A stretch of DNA of 32,000 bases, from the NCBI RefSeq assembly GCF_001652585.1, contig NZ_LWLG01000010.1, positions 30,001-62,000 of the forward strand, given 5' to 3'. Each line of letters begins with the position of its first letter. Positions within the stretch are counted from its first letter, which is position 1. Below are positions 9,169-16,452 of this stretch, piece after piece. The position numbers and the translations under genes were made by a program. Origin of the DNA: Thermosulfurimonas dismutans. Lineage in GTDB: Bacteria > Desulfobacterota > Thermodesulfobacteria > Thermodesulfobacteriales > Thermodesulfobacteriaceae. A model generated the notes under the pieces. The model made no database searches, was not told where the DNA came from, and was given only the letters and a program-made list of their open reading frames with translations.

Positions 9169-9222
9169 GGCATCATGGCCACCGATCTGGCCGCGGGATG
9201 GATTGCGAATCCAGTATTATAA
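9169..9222 (+). pseudogene. Relic of a second pgpA 3' end (17 codons plus stop) with no upstream coding body
   Basis: In-frame translation is GIMATDLAAGWIANPVL*, against GIMADDLTAGGMANLLLFLPQIL* for the intact gene. The core ggcatcatggcc recurs at 9169-9180. Possible weaker similarity extends upstream to about 9109 but is broken by indels. Confidence 0.55.
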
Positions 9223-9237
9223 TTGAAAAATATAATA

Positions 9238-10446
9238 TCAGTCACTAAGTACACCATTGTTATAACTCACTACACAATCTCGAGAGATATCTGCACTATA
9301 AGCATCATCGTAACTAAATTTGGTTTCACGTCCTCTACAGTTAGATTTTCTATATACAGTCGCACACTGGTTAAAACCAATAGATATAGAAGTAAACTCT
9401 ATACACGAACCACTAGAAACACACAAAAAGCCAAATTTACTTCCCACTTCAACATATCTAGTACCCCCAACATTATTTACTATAATAGGCGTACCATAGG
9501 CGCATGTTCCGCCGCCTCCCCCGCCTCCGGGGCTTCCTGAAGAGTTTATGGTGAGAGCTAGAGTTTTTTGGGTGGTATTATTGTCCGCATCTTTAACAAA
9601 GAAAGTTAAACTAAAAGTCCCTGTAGCACTTGCGTTTCCGGAAATCTCAATCTGATCGCACTGATTCCAGGTGGGCTCACTGCTACAATTAGCAGAAATC
9701 GTGGCGCTACCGGTTCCACAGATAAAATCAATACCAGCTCCTTGAAGATTTGAGGGATCCTCCACACACCAACGATATTTTCCACCGCTGGTATAAGGCA
9801 CCCCGCCGGCAGCATAGACCGTGGCGTTGTAAGAAGAACCCTCAAAACCGTAAGGCAATTCGTTGTTCAAAATCCGCAAATATTCTTCAGAATAAGGACA
9901 CTTTAATTTGGCCTTAAGCTCGGCAAGACTGACATAACGCACCATGTCATCGTAGGGCTCAGGGCGATCCATATCAGTGGTGTAATCGTCTACATTTGGA
10001 TATCCGGGAATATAAATGTGAGTAGTAGAACTGCCGGAAGTCTGAACATTGTAATTCGGTCCTCCGCTTATGATCACAAAAGCTATATTTTCGTGGGTGG
10101 CGTTGTCGTTGTCGTCTATTACCTGAAGGGAAGTGGTTTTACGAGCGCAGGCGCTACTTTTGGTCAATTCCAGGGCGGTAATACAGACAAAATCTTTCCC
10201 CCACACATCTTTAGCGTTTCTAAGATATTGACTACAGTTAGCCGAGTCAGGAAGGCGTCCATTATTAGTCAAGGCATATCCGAGTAAGGCCTCCACATTG
10301 GCCTCAAGCCGCTCCCGGTTCTGGTTGTAATGGACACGCTTGATGAGAAGCCCGACTATCCCTGCCCCTATCCCGGCGAGGACCCCCAGGACAACCAAAA
10401 CAATGGCCAATTCAATGAGCGTAAAACCTCGCCTTCTGTCTTTCAT
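9238..10446 (-). CDS. Large type IV pilin / pseudopilin-like protein (~402 aa) with an Ig-like segment, a Gly7 linker and a Cys-rich C-terminal module
   Basis: MKDRRRG|FTLIELAIVLVVLGVLAGI is a prepilin leader plus N-methylation-site motif with Glu at +5. ATG 10446 is preferred to the track start at 10512, which would add 22 residues before the leader. The frame stays open for 1.2 kb, including the AT-rich 3' third. Confidence 0.75.
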   Translation of the reverse strand: MKDRRRGFTLIELAIVLVVLGVLAGIGAGIVGLLIKRVHYNQNRERLEANVEALLGYALTNNGRLPDSANCSQYLRNAKDVWGKDFVCITALELTKSSACARKTTSLQVIDDNDNATHENIAFVIISGGPNYNVQTSGSSTTHIYIPGYPNVDDYTTDMDRPEPYDDMVRYVSLAELKAKLKCPYSEEYLRILNNELPYGFEGSSYNATVYAAGGVPYTSGGKYRWCVEDPSNLQGAGIDFICGTGSATISANCSSEPTWNQCDQIEISGNASATGTFSLTFFVKDADNNTTQKTLALTINSSGSPGGGGGGGTCAYGTPIIVNNVGGTRYVEVGSKFGFLCVSSGSCIEFTSISIGFNQCATVYRKSNCRGRETKFSYDDAYSADISRDCVVSYNNGVLSD

Positions 10447-10515
10447 TTTGTCATAAGTTCGGGAAAAATTCCTTCTAAATAGCAAGAAAACAAAATTCGA
10501 ACCGAAAATCAAGCC

Positions 10516-11187
10516 TTATTCTTTAAAAAAATCTTCTACGAACAACCCTTCTCTTTCGGCAATGGCTCTTATATAGTGCCAGTCACCGTTCCGGATCCAT
10601 TCCGGGATGGGGGCCATGGCCAGTCGCGTGAAGATCTCTCGTCGTTTTTCTTCGGGGAGATCTCGCGAAAGGATCTCTTTCCGCCAGCGGGCCATGAGCT
10701 CGAGATAGACCTCCCACTCCGGCCCGAACTCGTCCTCGAGTCTTTCCCGAATCCTTCTCGCCGCCGCTGGACTAGCCCCGGAAGTGGAAATGGCGAGTTG
10801 TAACCGTCCTCTCCGCACCACCGAGGGGACAATGAAGGAGCAGAGTTCGGGCTTGTCCACCACGTTACAAAAGATACGACGCTCTTCGGCCTCGGAAAAT
10901 ACTTCCTTCTGGACCTCCGGATCGTCGGTAGCGGCCACACACAACCAGGCTTCGGAAAGATCCCCCCAACGGTAAGGACGCTTGAAGAGCTCGATCCTTC
11001 CTTCATCAGCCCACTTTTCTATTTGCCAGGTGATCTGCGGGGCAATAACGCGCACCTTGGCCCCGGAGGAAAGCAAAACTTCCACCTTCCGCTCCGCCAC
11101 CTCCCCTCCCCCCACCACCACGCAGAGCCGCCCCTCAAGATTGAGAAAAACCGAATAATAGGACGCACCCTTTTCCATGTAAGTCAT
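10516..11187 (-). CDS. sirC: Precorrin-2 dehydrogenase / sirohydrochlorin ferrochelatase (SirC / CysG N-terminal / Met8 family)
   Basis: LNLEGRLCVVVGGGEVAERKVEVLLSSGAKVRVIAP is the NAD-binding N-terminus of this family. At 223 aa it has no uroporphyrinogen methyltransferase domain. Confidence 0.82.
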   Translation of the reverse strand: MTYMEKGASYYSVFLNLEGRLCVVVGGGEVAERKVEVLLSSGAKVRVIAPQITWQIEKWADEGRIELFKRPYRWGDLSEAWLCVAATDDPEVQKEVFSEAEERRIFCNVVDKPELCSFIVPSVVRRGRLQLAISTSGASPAAARRIRERLEDEFGPEWEVYLELMARWRKEILSRDLPEEKRREIFTRLAMAPIPEWIRNGDWHYIRAIAEREGLFVEDFFKE

Positions 11188-11195
11188 TTTAATCC

Positions 11196-11223
11196 TTGTA
11201 AAGGATAAAACAAAGGTTAAATT
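11196..11223 (+). promoter_or_regulatory. Candidate sigma70-like promoter for the deoC-rnhA operon
   Basis: TTGTAA (11196-11201), a 16-nt spacer, then TAAATT (11218-11223), about 58 nt upstream of ATG 11281 in the only AT-rich spacer here. This is pattern match only. Confidence 0.25.
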
Positions 11224-11280
11224 TCAAATAATGTTTTCTTGAGCTTCAGAGGCCCGTGGTGGAGAACATGGGGAAACTAT

Positions 11281-12408
11281 ATGCCTAAACTCTTTAACCC
11301 TGCCCCCTATATAGATCACACCTTGCTTGCCCCTACTGCCACGGAGAAAGACATAAAGAAACTCTGCTCCGAGGCCCAAGAATACGGAATGGCGGGAGTC
11401 TGCGTGCCTCCGGTTTTCGTGCCGCTGGCCAGGAAGGAGCTCTCCGGTACCGGGATACGGGTGGTCACGGTGGCAGGTTTTCCCCTGGGATTCCAGCCCA
11501 CAGAGGTGAAGGTCCACGAGGCCCGGCTATATCGAGATCTCGGAGCGGATGAAATTGATATGGTGATAAACCTCCATCTGACAAAAAACGGTCGGGTCCG
11601 TGAGGCCGTAGAAGAAGTAAAACAGGTGGTCAAGGCCGCTAATCCGACCGAAGTTAAGGTGATTATTGAGTGTGCCTATCTTAAAGCCGAAGAAAAAAAA
11701 TTACTTGCCGAGCTAATTCCAGGAACCGGAGCGGCCTACCTCAAGACCTCTACCGGATTCGGGCCGGGGGGAGCCACCCTTGAAGATGTAAAGCTCCTCC
11801 GGGAGGCCTCCGGCGGTAAGATCAAGATCAAGGCCGCGGGAGGAATTCGGACGCTTGAGGAATGCCTGGCCTTCATTCAGGCTGGGGCCGAAAGAATAGG
11901 GACCAGCGCCGGAGCCAGCATTGTCCGAGAATATCTAGCCCGGACCGGCCAACTTCCCTATGAAGAGGTAGAAATCTTTATCGACGGAGCCTGCCTTGGA
12001 AATCCGGGACCAGGTGGTTTTTCGGCCATCTTGAGGGCCCGAGGACACGAAAAAGTTCTAACTGGAGGAGAGGCCGAGACCACCAACAACCGCATGGAGA
12101 TTAGAGCCGCGGTAGAGGCCTTGAAGGCCTTGAAGAAACCCTCTCGGGTAAAAATGTATACCGATTCGAAATATCTCCTTTCCGGGGCCACGGATTGGCT
12201 CCCTCGCTGGGAAAAAAGGGGATTCCGGACTGCGGATGGCAAACCCGTCAAAAACCGTGACCTCTGGGAAGAATTGAGCCGCCTGCTTAAAATCCACGAG
12301 GTGGAGTGGATTTGGATTGAGGGACACGCTGGGCACCCTGAAAACGAACGATGTGATAAACTGGCGAAAAACGAGGCTAAGAAATGGAAAAACTCCTCGT
12401 CGGCATAA
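11281..12408 (+). CDS. Fusion protein: deoxyribose-phosphate aldolase (N-terminal ~220 aa) plus RNase HI (C-terminal ~148 aa)
   Basis: DeoC part: IDHTLLAPTATEKDI, GFPLG, EIDMVIN, LKTSTGFG (Schiff-base Lys context) and IKAAGGIRT. RNase HI part starts near 11962: VEIFIDGACLGNPGPGGFSAIL, TTNNRMEIRA, MYTDSKY, GHAGHPENERCDKLA, so all DEDD catalytic positions are present. One frame, no stop between the two parts. Confidence 0.85.
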   Translation: MPKLFNPAPYIDHTLLAPTATEKDIKKLCSEAQEYGMAGVCVPPVFVPLARKELSGTGIRVVTVAGFPLGFQPTEVKVHEARLYRDLGADEIDMVINLHLTKNGRVREAVEEVKQVVKAANPTEVKVIIECAYLKAEEKKLLAELIPGTGAAYLKTSTGFGPGGATLEDVKLLREASGGKIKIKAAGGIRTLEECLAFIQAGAERIGTSAGASIVREYLARTGQLPYEEVEIFIDGACLGNPGPGGFSAILRARGHEKVLTGGEAETTNNRMEIRAAVEALKALKKPSRVKMYTDSKYLLSGATDWLPRWEKRGFRTADGKPVKNRDLWEELSRLLKIHEVEWIWIEGHAGHPENERCDKLAKNEAKKWKNSSSA

Positions 12409-12941
12409 CCGGAGCCAGTGGAGCCCCCTATGCGGTGGCCTTTCTCAGGGTCCTGCGAGAACTAGGCGTGGCAAGCGAGGTCATCATCACCCGTCCCGGC
12501 GAAGAAGTCTTACGTCACGAAACCGGACTTTCCTTGAAGGACCTTATGGAACTAACCGAACGCCTATACCGAGAGGACGAGATTTCGGCTCCTCCGGCAA
12601 GTGGTTCGGCAGCCTATCGGGGGATGGTGATCATTCCCTGCACCATGGGGACCCTTTCGGCGGTGGCTCATGGGGCCGCACGCAATCTCCTTCAGCGAGC
12701 CGCGGATGTCATGCTTAAGGAACGCCGGCCCCTAGTTCTCGTTATACGAGAAACCCCGCTCAACTTGATACATCTAAGAAATATGGTTCTAGCAACCGAG
12801 GCTGGTGCCGTAATTTATCCCGCCATGCCGGCCTTCTATCACCGCTCACAAAATATTGAGGATATGATAGAATTTTTCGTCCGGAGGCTCGCCGAGTTTT
12901 TAGGCTTTGAGGTCAGAAATTTGCCTCGATGGGGAACTTAA
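12384..12941 (+). CDS. ubiX: Flavin prenyltransferase UbiX family
   Basis: MEKLLVGITGASGAPYA at the N-terminus and IIPCTMGTLSAVAHG match the UbiX/Pad1 family. Overlaps the upstream fusion gene by 25 nt. Confidence 0.9.
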   Translation: MEKLLVGITGASGAPYAVAFLRVLRELGVASEVIITRPGEEVLRHETGLSLKDLMELTERLYREDEISAPPASGSAAYRGMVIIPCTMGTLSAVAHGAARNLLQRAADVMLKERRPLVLVIRETPLNLIHLRNMVLATEAGAVIYPAMPAFYHRSQNIEDMIEFFVRRLAEFLGFEVRNLPRWGT

Positions 12942-13796
12942 ATGCTCCGCAAGATTAAACTCCTCCTAGAGATGATAAAGTTTGAGCACACCATTTTTGC
13001 CCTCCCCTTCGCCTATACTGGAGCTGTGCTTGCGGAAAAAGGCTTCCCTGCGACCAGAACTGCCCTTCTTATTTTGGGCTGCATGGTGGGAGCCCGCACC
13101 GCGGCCATGACCTTCAATCGCCTGGCAGATCTCCCCTTCGATGCCCAAAATCCCCGTACCCGCAATCGGCATCTGGTGATAGGTCTGGTGAAAAAGACTG
13201 AGGCCTGGATTTTTTTCATAACAGCCTCGGTTCTCTTCTTCCTCTGCGCCGCAGCCTTGAATCCCCTGACCCTAAAACTTTCCCCAATCGCCTACGCTGT
13301 AATCCTGGCCTACTCCTATACCAAACGTTTTACCTGGCTCTGCCATATCTTTCTCGGGGCCGCCCTGGCCCTAGCGCCCCTTGGCGGCTATGTGGCCGTG
13401 AAGGGCACCCTCACCGATCCGGCGATATTCATTCTCGCTCTCGGAGTGGTTTTCTGGGTAGCTGGGTTCGATATCCTTTACGCCTGTATGGACGAAGAGT
13501 TCGACCGAAAGATGGGACTACACTCCATCCCGGCCAAATTCGGCCGGAAAAAGGCCTTCCTTATCTCCGCCCTCTGTCATAGCTTGGCCTTCTTTCTTTT
13601 CGCTACCGCGGGATACCTTTTCGGACTCTCATATCCCTATTACTTGGCCTTGTTTGTTACGGCCGCCCTTTTCATCGCCCAGAGGATAACTGTAAATCCG
13701 CGAGATCTTACGGGGCTCGATATGGCATTTTTTACCTTTAATGGAGCCATTAGCGTGGTAATATTCTTAGGAGTCCTTCTTGATAATTTAATCTAA
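12942..13796 (+). CDS. UbiA-family aromatic prenyltransferase (4-hydroxybenzoate polyprenyltransferase-related, possibly MqnP-like)
   Basis: Polytopic membrane protein with the motifs NRLADLPFDAQNPRTRNR and YACMDEEFD. The ATG directly abuts the ubiX stop. Confidence 0.85.
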   Translation: MLRKIKLLLEMIKFEHTIFALPFAYTGAVLAEKGFPATRTALLILGCMVGARTAAMTFNRLADLPFDAQNPRTRNRHLVIGLVKKTEAWIFFITASVLFFLCAAALNPLTLKLSPIAYAVILAYSYTKRFTWLCHIFLGAALALAPLGGYVAVKGTLTDPAIFILALGVVFWVAGFDILYACMDEEFDRKMGLHSIPAKFGRKKAFLISALCHSLAFFLFATAGYLFGLSYPYYLALFVTAALFIAQRITVNPRDLTGLDMAFFTFNGAISVVIFLGVLLDNLI

Positions 13797-13811
13797 AGAG
13801 AGGGTATCGAG

Positions 13812-14282
13812 ATGGAAAAGATCCCCTTTACTCCGGAAGGCTTTCAAAGACTCAAGGCCGAGCTTGAACGCTTGAAGACCGTGGAAAGAAAAGAAGTTAT
13901 CAAGGCCATCGAAGAGGCCAGGGCCCACGGCGACCTTTCCGAAAACGCCGAATACGAGGCCGCCAAGGAAAGACAAGGACACATCGAAGGTCGAATCCAG
14001 GAACTTTCGGATCGTCTAGCCAGAGCCGAAGTCATTGAAATACCCAAGACTCCTCCGGAGAAGATCCAGTTTGGGGTAAAAGTCAAGCTCCTCAACCTCG
14101 ATACCGACGAGGAAGTCGTCTATCGCCTGGTTGGCCCCTATGAGTCGGACGTAGACAAGGGGCTTATCTCCGTGACCTCTCCTCTAGGACGGGCCTTGAT
14201 AGGCAAGGAAGTGGGGGACGAGGTTGAGGTACACACTCCGGCTGGAGTGCGTACCTTTGAGATTTTGGAAATAGAAGTCTAA
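13812..14282 (+). CDS. greA: Transcription elongation factor GreA
   Basis: N-terminal coiled coil with AREHGDLSENAEYEAAKERQ-type sequence (ARAHGDLSENAEYEAAKERQ), plus the C-terminal domain ISVTSPLGRALIGKEVGDEVEV. Confidence 0.93.
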   Translation: MEKIPFTPEGFQRLKAELERLKTVERKEVIKAIEEARAHGDLSENAEYEAAKERQGHIEGRIQELSDRLARAEVIEIPKTPPEKIQFGVKVKLLNLDTDEEVVYRLVGPYESDVDKGLISVTSPLGRALIGKEVGDEVEVHTPAGVRTFEILEIEV

Positions 14283-14729
14283 ATGCTCACTCCGGTCGAA
14301 AAAAGGCTACTTGATCGTTTGCAGGCTGGCCTGCCGCTTGCCCCCAGGCCTTTCAAAAAACTTGGTGAGGAGCTCGGACTCTCCGAAGCCGAGGTCATAG
14401 ACAAACTCAAAGAACTCAAAGAACGAGGCATACTGCGGCATCTCGGTGCCAGTCCCGACTCCCGGAGATTGGGTTTCGTGACCACCTTGGCCGCGGTCTC
14501 AGTGCCTCCAGAGAGGGCCGAAGAGGTCGCCCGAGGTATCGGAGAACGTCCGGAAGTTACCCATTGCTACCTCCGGCGGCACCGAATGAACATCTGGTTT
14601 ACCATCGTGGCTCAGAATTTCGAGGAAGTGGAAAAGATACTTGAGGAAATCTCCCATGAGGCCAGAGCCACGGCCCGTCACTTCCCGGCCGAAAAACTCT
14701 TCAAACTCCGGGCTACCTTCAAATTATAA
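14283..14729 (+). CDS. Lrp/AsnC-like siroheme decarboxylase subunit (AhbA/AhbB, NirD/L/G/H family)
   Basis: [44 protein letters not shown] followed by EVTHCYLRR matches my memory of this family. The ATG directly follows the greA stop. Confidence 0.65.
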   Translation: MLTPVEKRLLDRLQAGLPLAPRPFKKLGEELGLSEAEVIDKLKELKERGILRHLGASPDSRRLGFVTTLAAVSVPPERAEEVARGIGERPEVTHCYLRRHRMNIWFTIVAQNFEEVEKILEEISHEARATARHFPAEKLFKLRATFKL

Positions 14730-15344
14730 TTTGCTCCTTTTTCTTTTGTGATACCACATATAGACGAACACACACAGACCGGCCAAAAGGAGTACCCCAA
14801 AGGTGCCCCGGTGAAGGGCCTGTTTTAGCAGGGCTTCATTTCGACCCAAGAAGTATCCGCAGAGGGCAAGAAAGGTGACCCAGATTCCGGCCCCTAGAGC
14901 CGTAAAAATGGTAAAAAAAAGCCCGTTCATACGCCCGATGCCAGCCGGAAGACTGATATACTGTCTTACTCCCGGGATAAGTCTTCCCACGAAGGTACTG
15001 ATGTGACCGTGTCGTCCGAAAAACTCCTCTACCTTAAAAAGGGTGGCCTCACTGAGAAAGAGATAGCTCCCGTACTTTCGGAGGAACTTCACCAAGGCCG
15101 GACGCCCCAGTTTCAGGGCCAAGAAGTAGTTAAACCAGGCCCCGGCCACGCTACCCCCTATTCCGGAAAGGATCACCAGCCCGAGATCCATCTCACCCCG
15201 GGCCGCAAGATAAGCCGCCGGGGGTATCACCACCTCGCTCGGAAAAGGAAAGAGCGAGGACTCAAGGGCCATGAGTAGGAAAATCCCAGGATACCCCAGG
15301 CGGCCGATGGTCTCGAGCAAGAAATTTACGACTTCAGAGAGCAC
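14724..15344 (-). CDS. dedA: DedA family inner-membrane protein
   Basis: [30 protein letters not shown] and [18 protein letters not shown] are DedA/SNARE-associated motifs. GTG start at 15344. Confidence 0.85.
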   Translation of the reverse strand: MLSEVVNFLLETIGRLGYPGIFLLMALESSLFPFPSEVVIPPAAYLAARGEMDLGLVILSGIGGSVAGAWFNYFLALKLGRPALVKFLRKYGSYLFLSEATLFKVEEFFGRHGHISTFVGRLIPGVRQYISLPAGIGRMNGLFFTIFTALGAGIWVTFLALCGYFLGRNEALLKQALHRGTFGVLLLAGLCVFVYMWYHKRKRSKL

Positions 15345-15372
15345 CTAATGCACATCCTCGAAAGGATATGAG

Positions 15373-15391
15373 GAGGGGCGGACCGCCCCTC
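15373..15391 (-). terminator. GC-rich perfect palindrome/hairpin between the Zn-ribbon gene and dedA; possible terminator or processing site
   Basis: GAGGGGCGG-A-CCGCCCCTC gives 9-bp arms. On the minus strand no clear U-tract follows it; on the plus strand it is followed by TGAGGTTTT. Confidence 0.35.
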
Positions 15392-15404
15392 TGAGGTTTT
15401 AGGC

Positions 15405-15617
15405 TCAGCCGAAGCCGAAACCATGCCCCCTGCTTCCACAGGAACCAAAGCCAAAGGAACCACTTCCGCCTAGACCACAGGCGAAACTCGAAAGTTCCTT
15501 CCTCACCCGGTGGCTCCCACACCGGGGGCAGTTGATCTCCCTTTCATCGCGGAGACCGAAGCAAAGCTTCTCGAATTTCTCTCCGCAATCTTCACACCGG
15601 AATTCATAAATGGGCAT
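15405..15617 (-). CDS. FmdB-family zinc-ribbon protein (CxxC...CxxC) with a Gly-rich tail
   Basis: MPIYEFRCEDCGEKFE...CPRCGS is the family signature. GGAGGTG lies 7 nt upstream of the ATG at 15617. Confidence 0.8.
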   Translation of the reverse strand: MPIYEFRCEDCGEKFEKLCFGLRDEREINCPRCGSHRVRKELSSFACGLGGSGSFGFGSCGSRGHGFGFG

Positions 15618-15687
15618 AATCTCACACCTCCCTTCCGATTTATCCGATCTCTAAAATTTAAGCTCCATCTTTCAAAAGTAAAGTCTA

Positions 15688-16431
15688 TCAACGCGGAAGG
15701 TATTCCGGGCGCCAGTTGAAAATGGCCCGAAAAACCGACCCCCTTACCTTGGGATTGATGGTGTAGAGGTGTTCCTCAAGCCATCGCTCCATGAAGACTC
15801 GACGGGTCTCCCCGGAAAAGGGGCAGGGATTCTCCACAATGGGGAAACCCTCCTTTTGGGCGTAGGCCTTGAGGGACTCCTTTTCAACCAGGACGAGGGG
15901 CCTTATTAGATAGAGTTTGCCCCCAAACATTTCCTGGACCGGAAGAATGGTAGAGAGCTCCCCGTGAAAGCACATATTGAGAAAGAAGGTCACCACCAGG
16001 TCGTCCCGGTGGTGGCCAAAAGCGATCTTGTTGAAGTTCTCCTCCCCGGCCAGTCTGAAAAGATGTTTCCGGCGATGCCAAGAGCAGACGAAACAGGGCG
16101 AGGCCGTACCCGCATCCGCAGCCTCCATGGCCTGAATTCCGCAATCGGTCTTGATGAGGCGAAAGGGGACCTCAAGATCTTTACAGAAGGCCTCAAGTTT
16201 TCCCAGGCCCTCATCATAGTCCTTCCCCCGGGGAAACCCCATATCTAAGTGGACCGCCAGCAACTCGTACTCGAACTTCACCTTACGTCGCCATTCTGCA
16301 AGAAAATAGGTAAGGACCAGACTGTCCGCCCCCCCGGAAAGGGCAATTAGAATACGATCCCCGGGGGCCAACATCTCGTACTTATGAAGGGCTCGACCTA
16401 TCAAACGTTTGAGACGATGGTAAAGAGACAT
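15688..16431 (-). CDS. ttcA: PP-loop ATPase, tRNA 2-thiocytidine biosynthesis TtcA family
   Basis: PP-loop ALSGGADS, plus the cysteines CFVCSW and NPCPF positioned as in Fe-S-dependent TtcA-type thiolases. Confidence 0.78.
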   Translation of the reverse strand: MSLYHRLKRLIGRALHKYEMLAPGDRILIALSGGADSLVLTYFLAEWRRKVKFEYELLAVHLDMGFPRGKDYDEGLGKLEAFCKDLEVPFRLIKTDCGIQAMEAADAGTASPCFVCSWHRRKHLFRLAGEENFNKIAFGHHRDDLVVTFFLNMCFHGELSTILPVQEMFGGKLYLIRPLVLVEKESLKAYAQKEGFPIVENPCPFSGETRRVFMERWLEEHLYTINPKVRGSVFRAIFNWRPEYLPR

Positions 16432-16452
16432 GGGCTAAGGTATAAAGGAAAT

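Noticed and set aside
9199-9213. The palindrome TGGATTGCGAATCCA, which looked briefly like a tRNA T-arm or a terminator for the pilin-like gene.
   Set aside because: It has a 6-bp AT-rich stem with a 3-nt loop, so there is no 7-nt T-loop and no acceptor or anticodon arms around it. No U-tract follows on the minus strand. It lies within the pgpA relic coding remnant.
9009-9257. An 82-aa minus-strand ORF filling the pgpA/pilin spacer.
   Set aside because: It has no RBS and overlaps the pilin-like gene's stop region. Part of it is simply the antisense of the pgpA relic. The sequence is low complexity (AGGRDPGAG). I cannot support it as a gene.
9223-9540. A 105-aa plus-strand ORF in the AT-rich block.
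   Set aside because: It is antisense to the C-terminal module of the pilin-like ORF. The minus frame is continuous for 1.2 kb and joins a bona fide prepilin N-terminus. The plus-strand product is a T/I/S/R-rich sequence without features.
10443-10454. A mini-uORF ATGACAAAATGA (Met-Thr-Lys-stop) whose stop overlaps the pilin-like gene's ATG.
   Set aside because: It is three codons long with no RBS of its own, so it is likely coincidental. I noted it only because no strong SD precedes the pilin-like start.
15405-15617. The Gly/Phe/Cys-rich tail (ACGLGGSGSFGFGSCGSRGHGFGFG) of the small protein, considered as a possible RiPP or bacteriocin precursor.
   Set aside because: The N-terminus is the standard FmdB-family CxxC...CxxC zinc ribbon. 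From memory, such Gly/Cys-rich tails are common in that family. No modification, protease or export genes are adjacent.
16384-16452. The longer N-terminus ([23 protein letters not shown]) for the helicase given by the ORF track.
   Set aside because: It would overlap the ttcA 5' end head-to-head by 48 nt. UvrD-like helicases usually start about 10-25 residues before the Walker A region, which fits ATG 16453.
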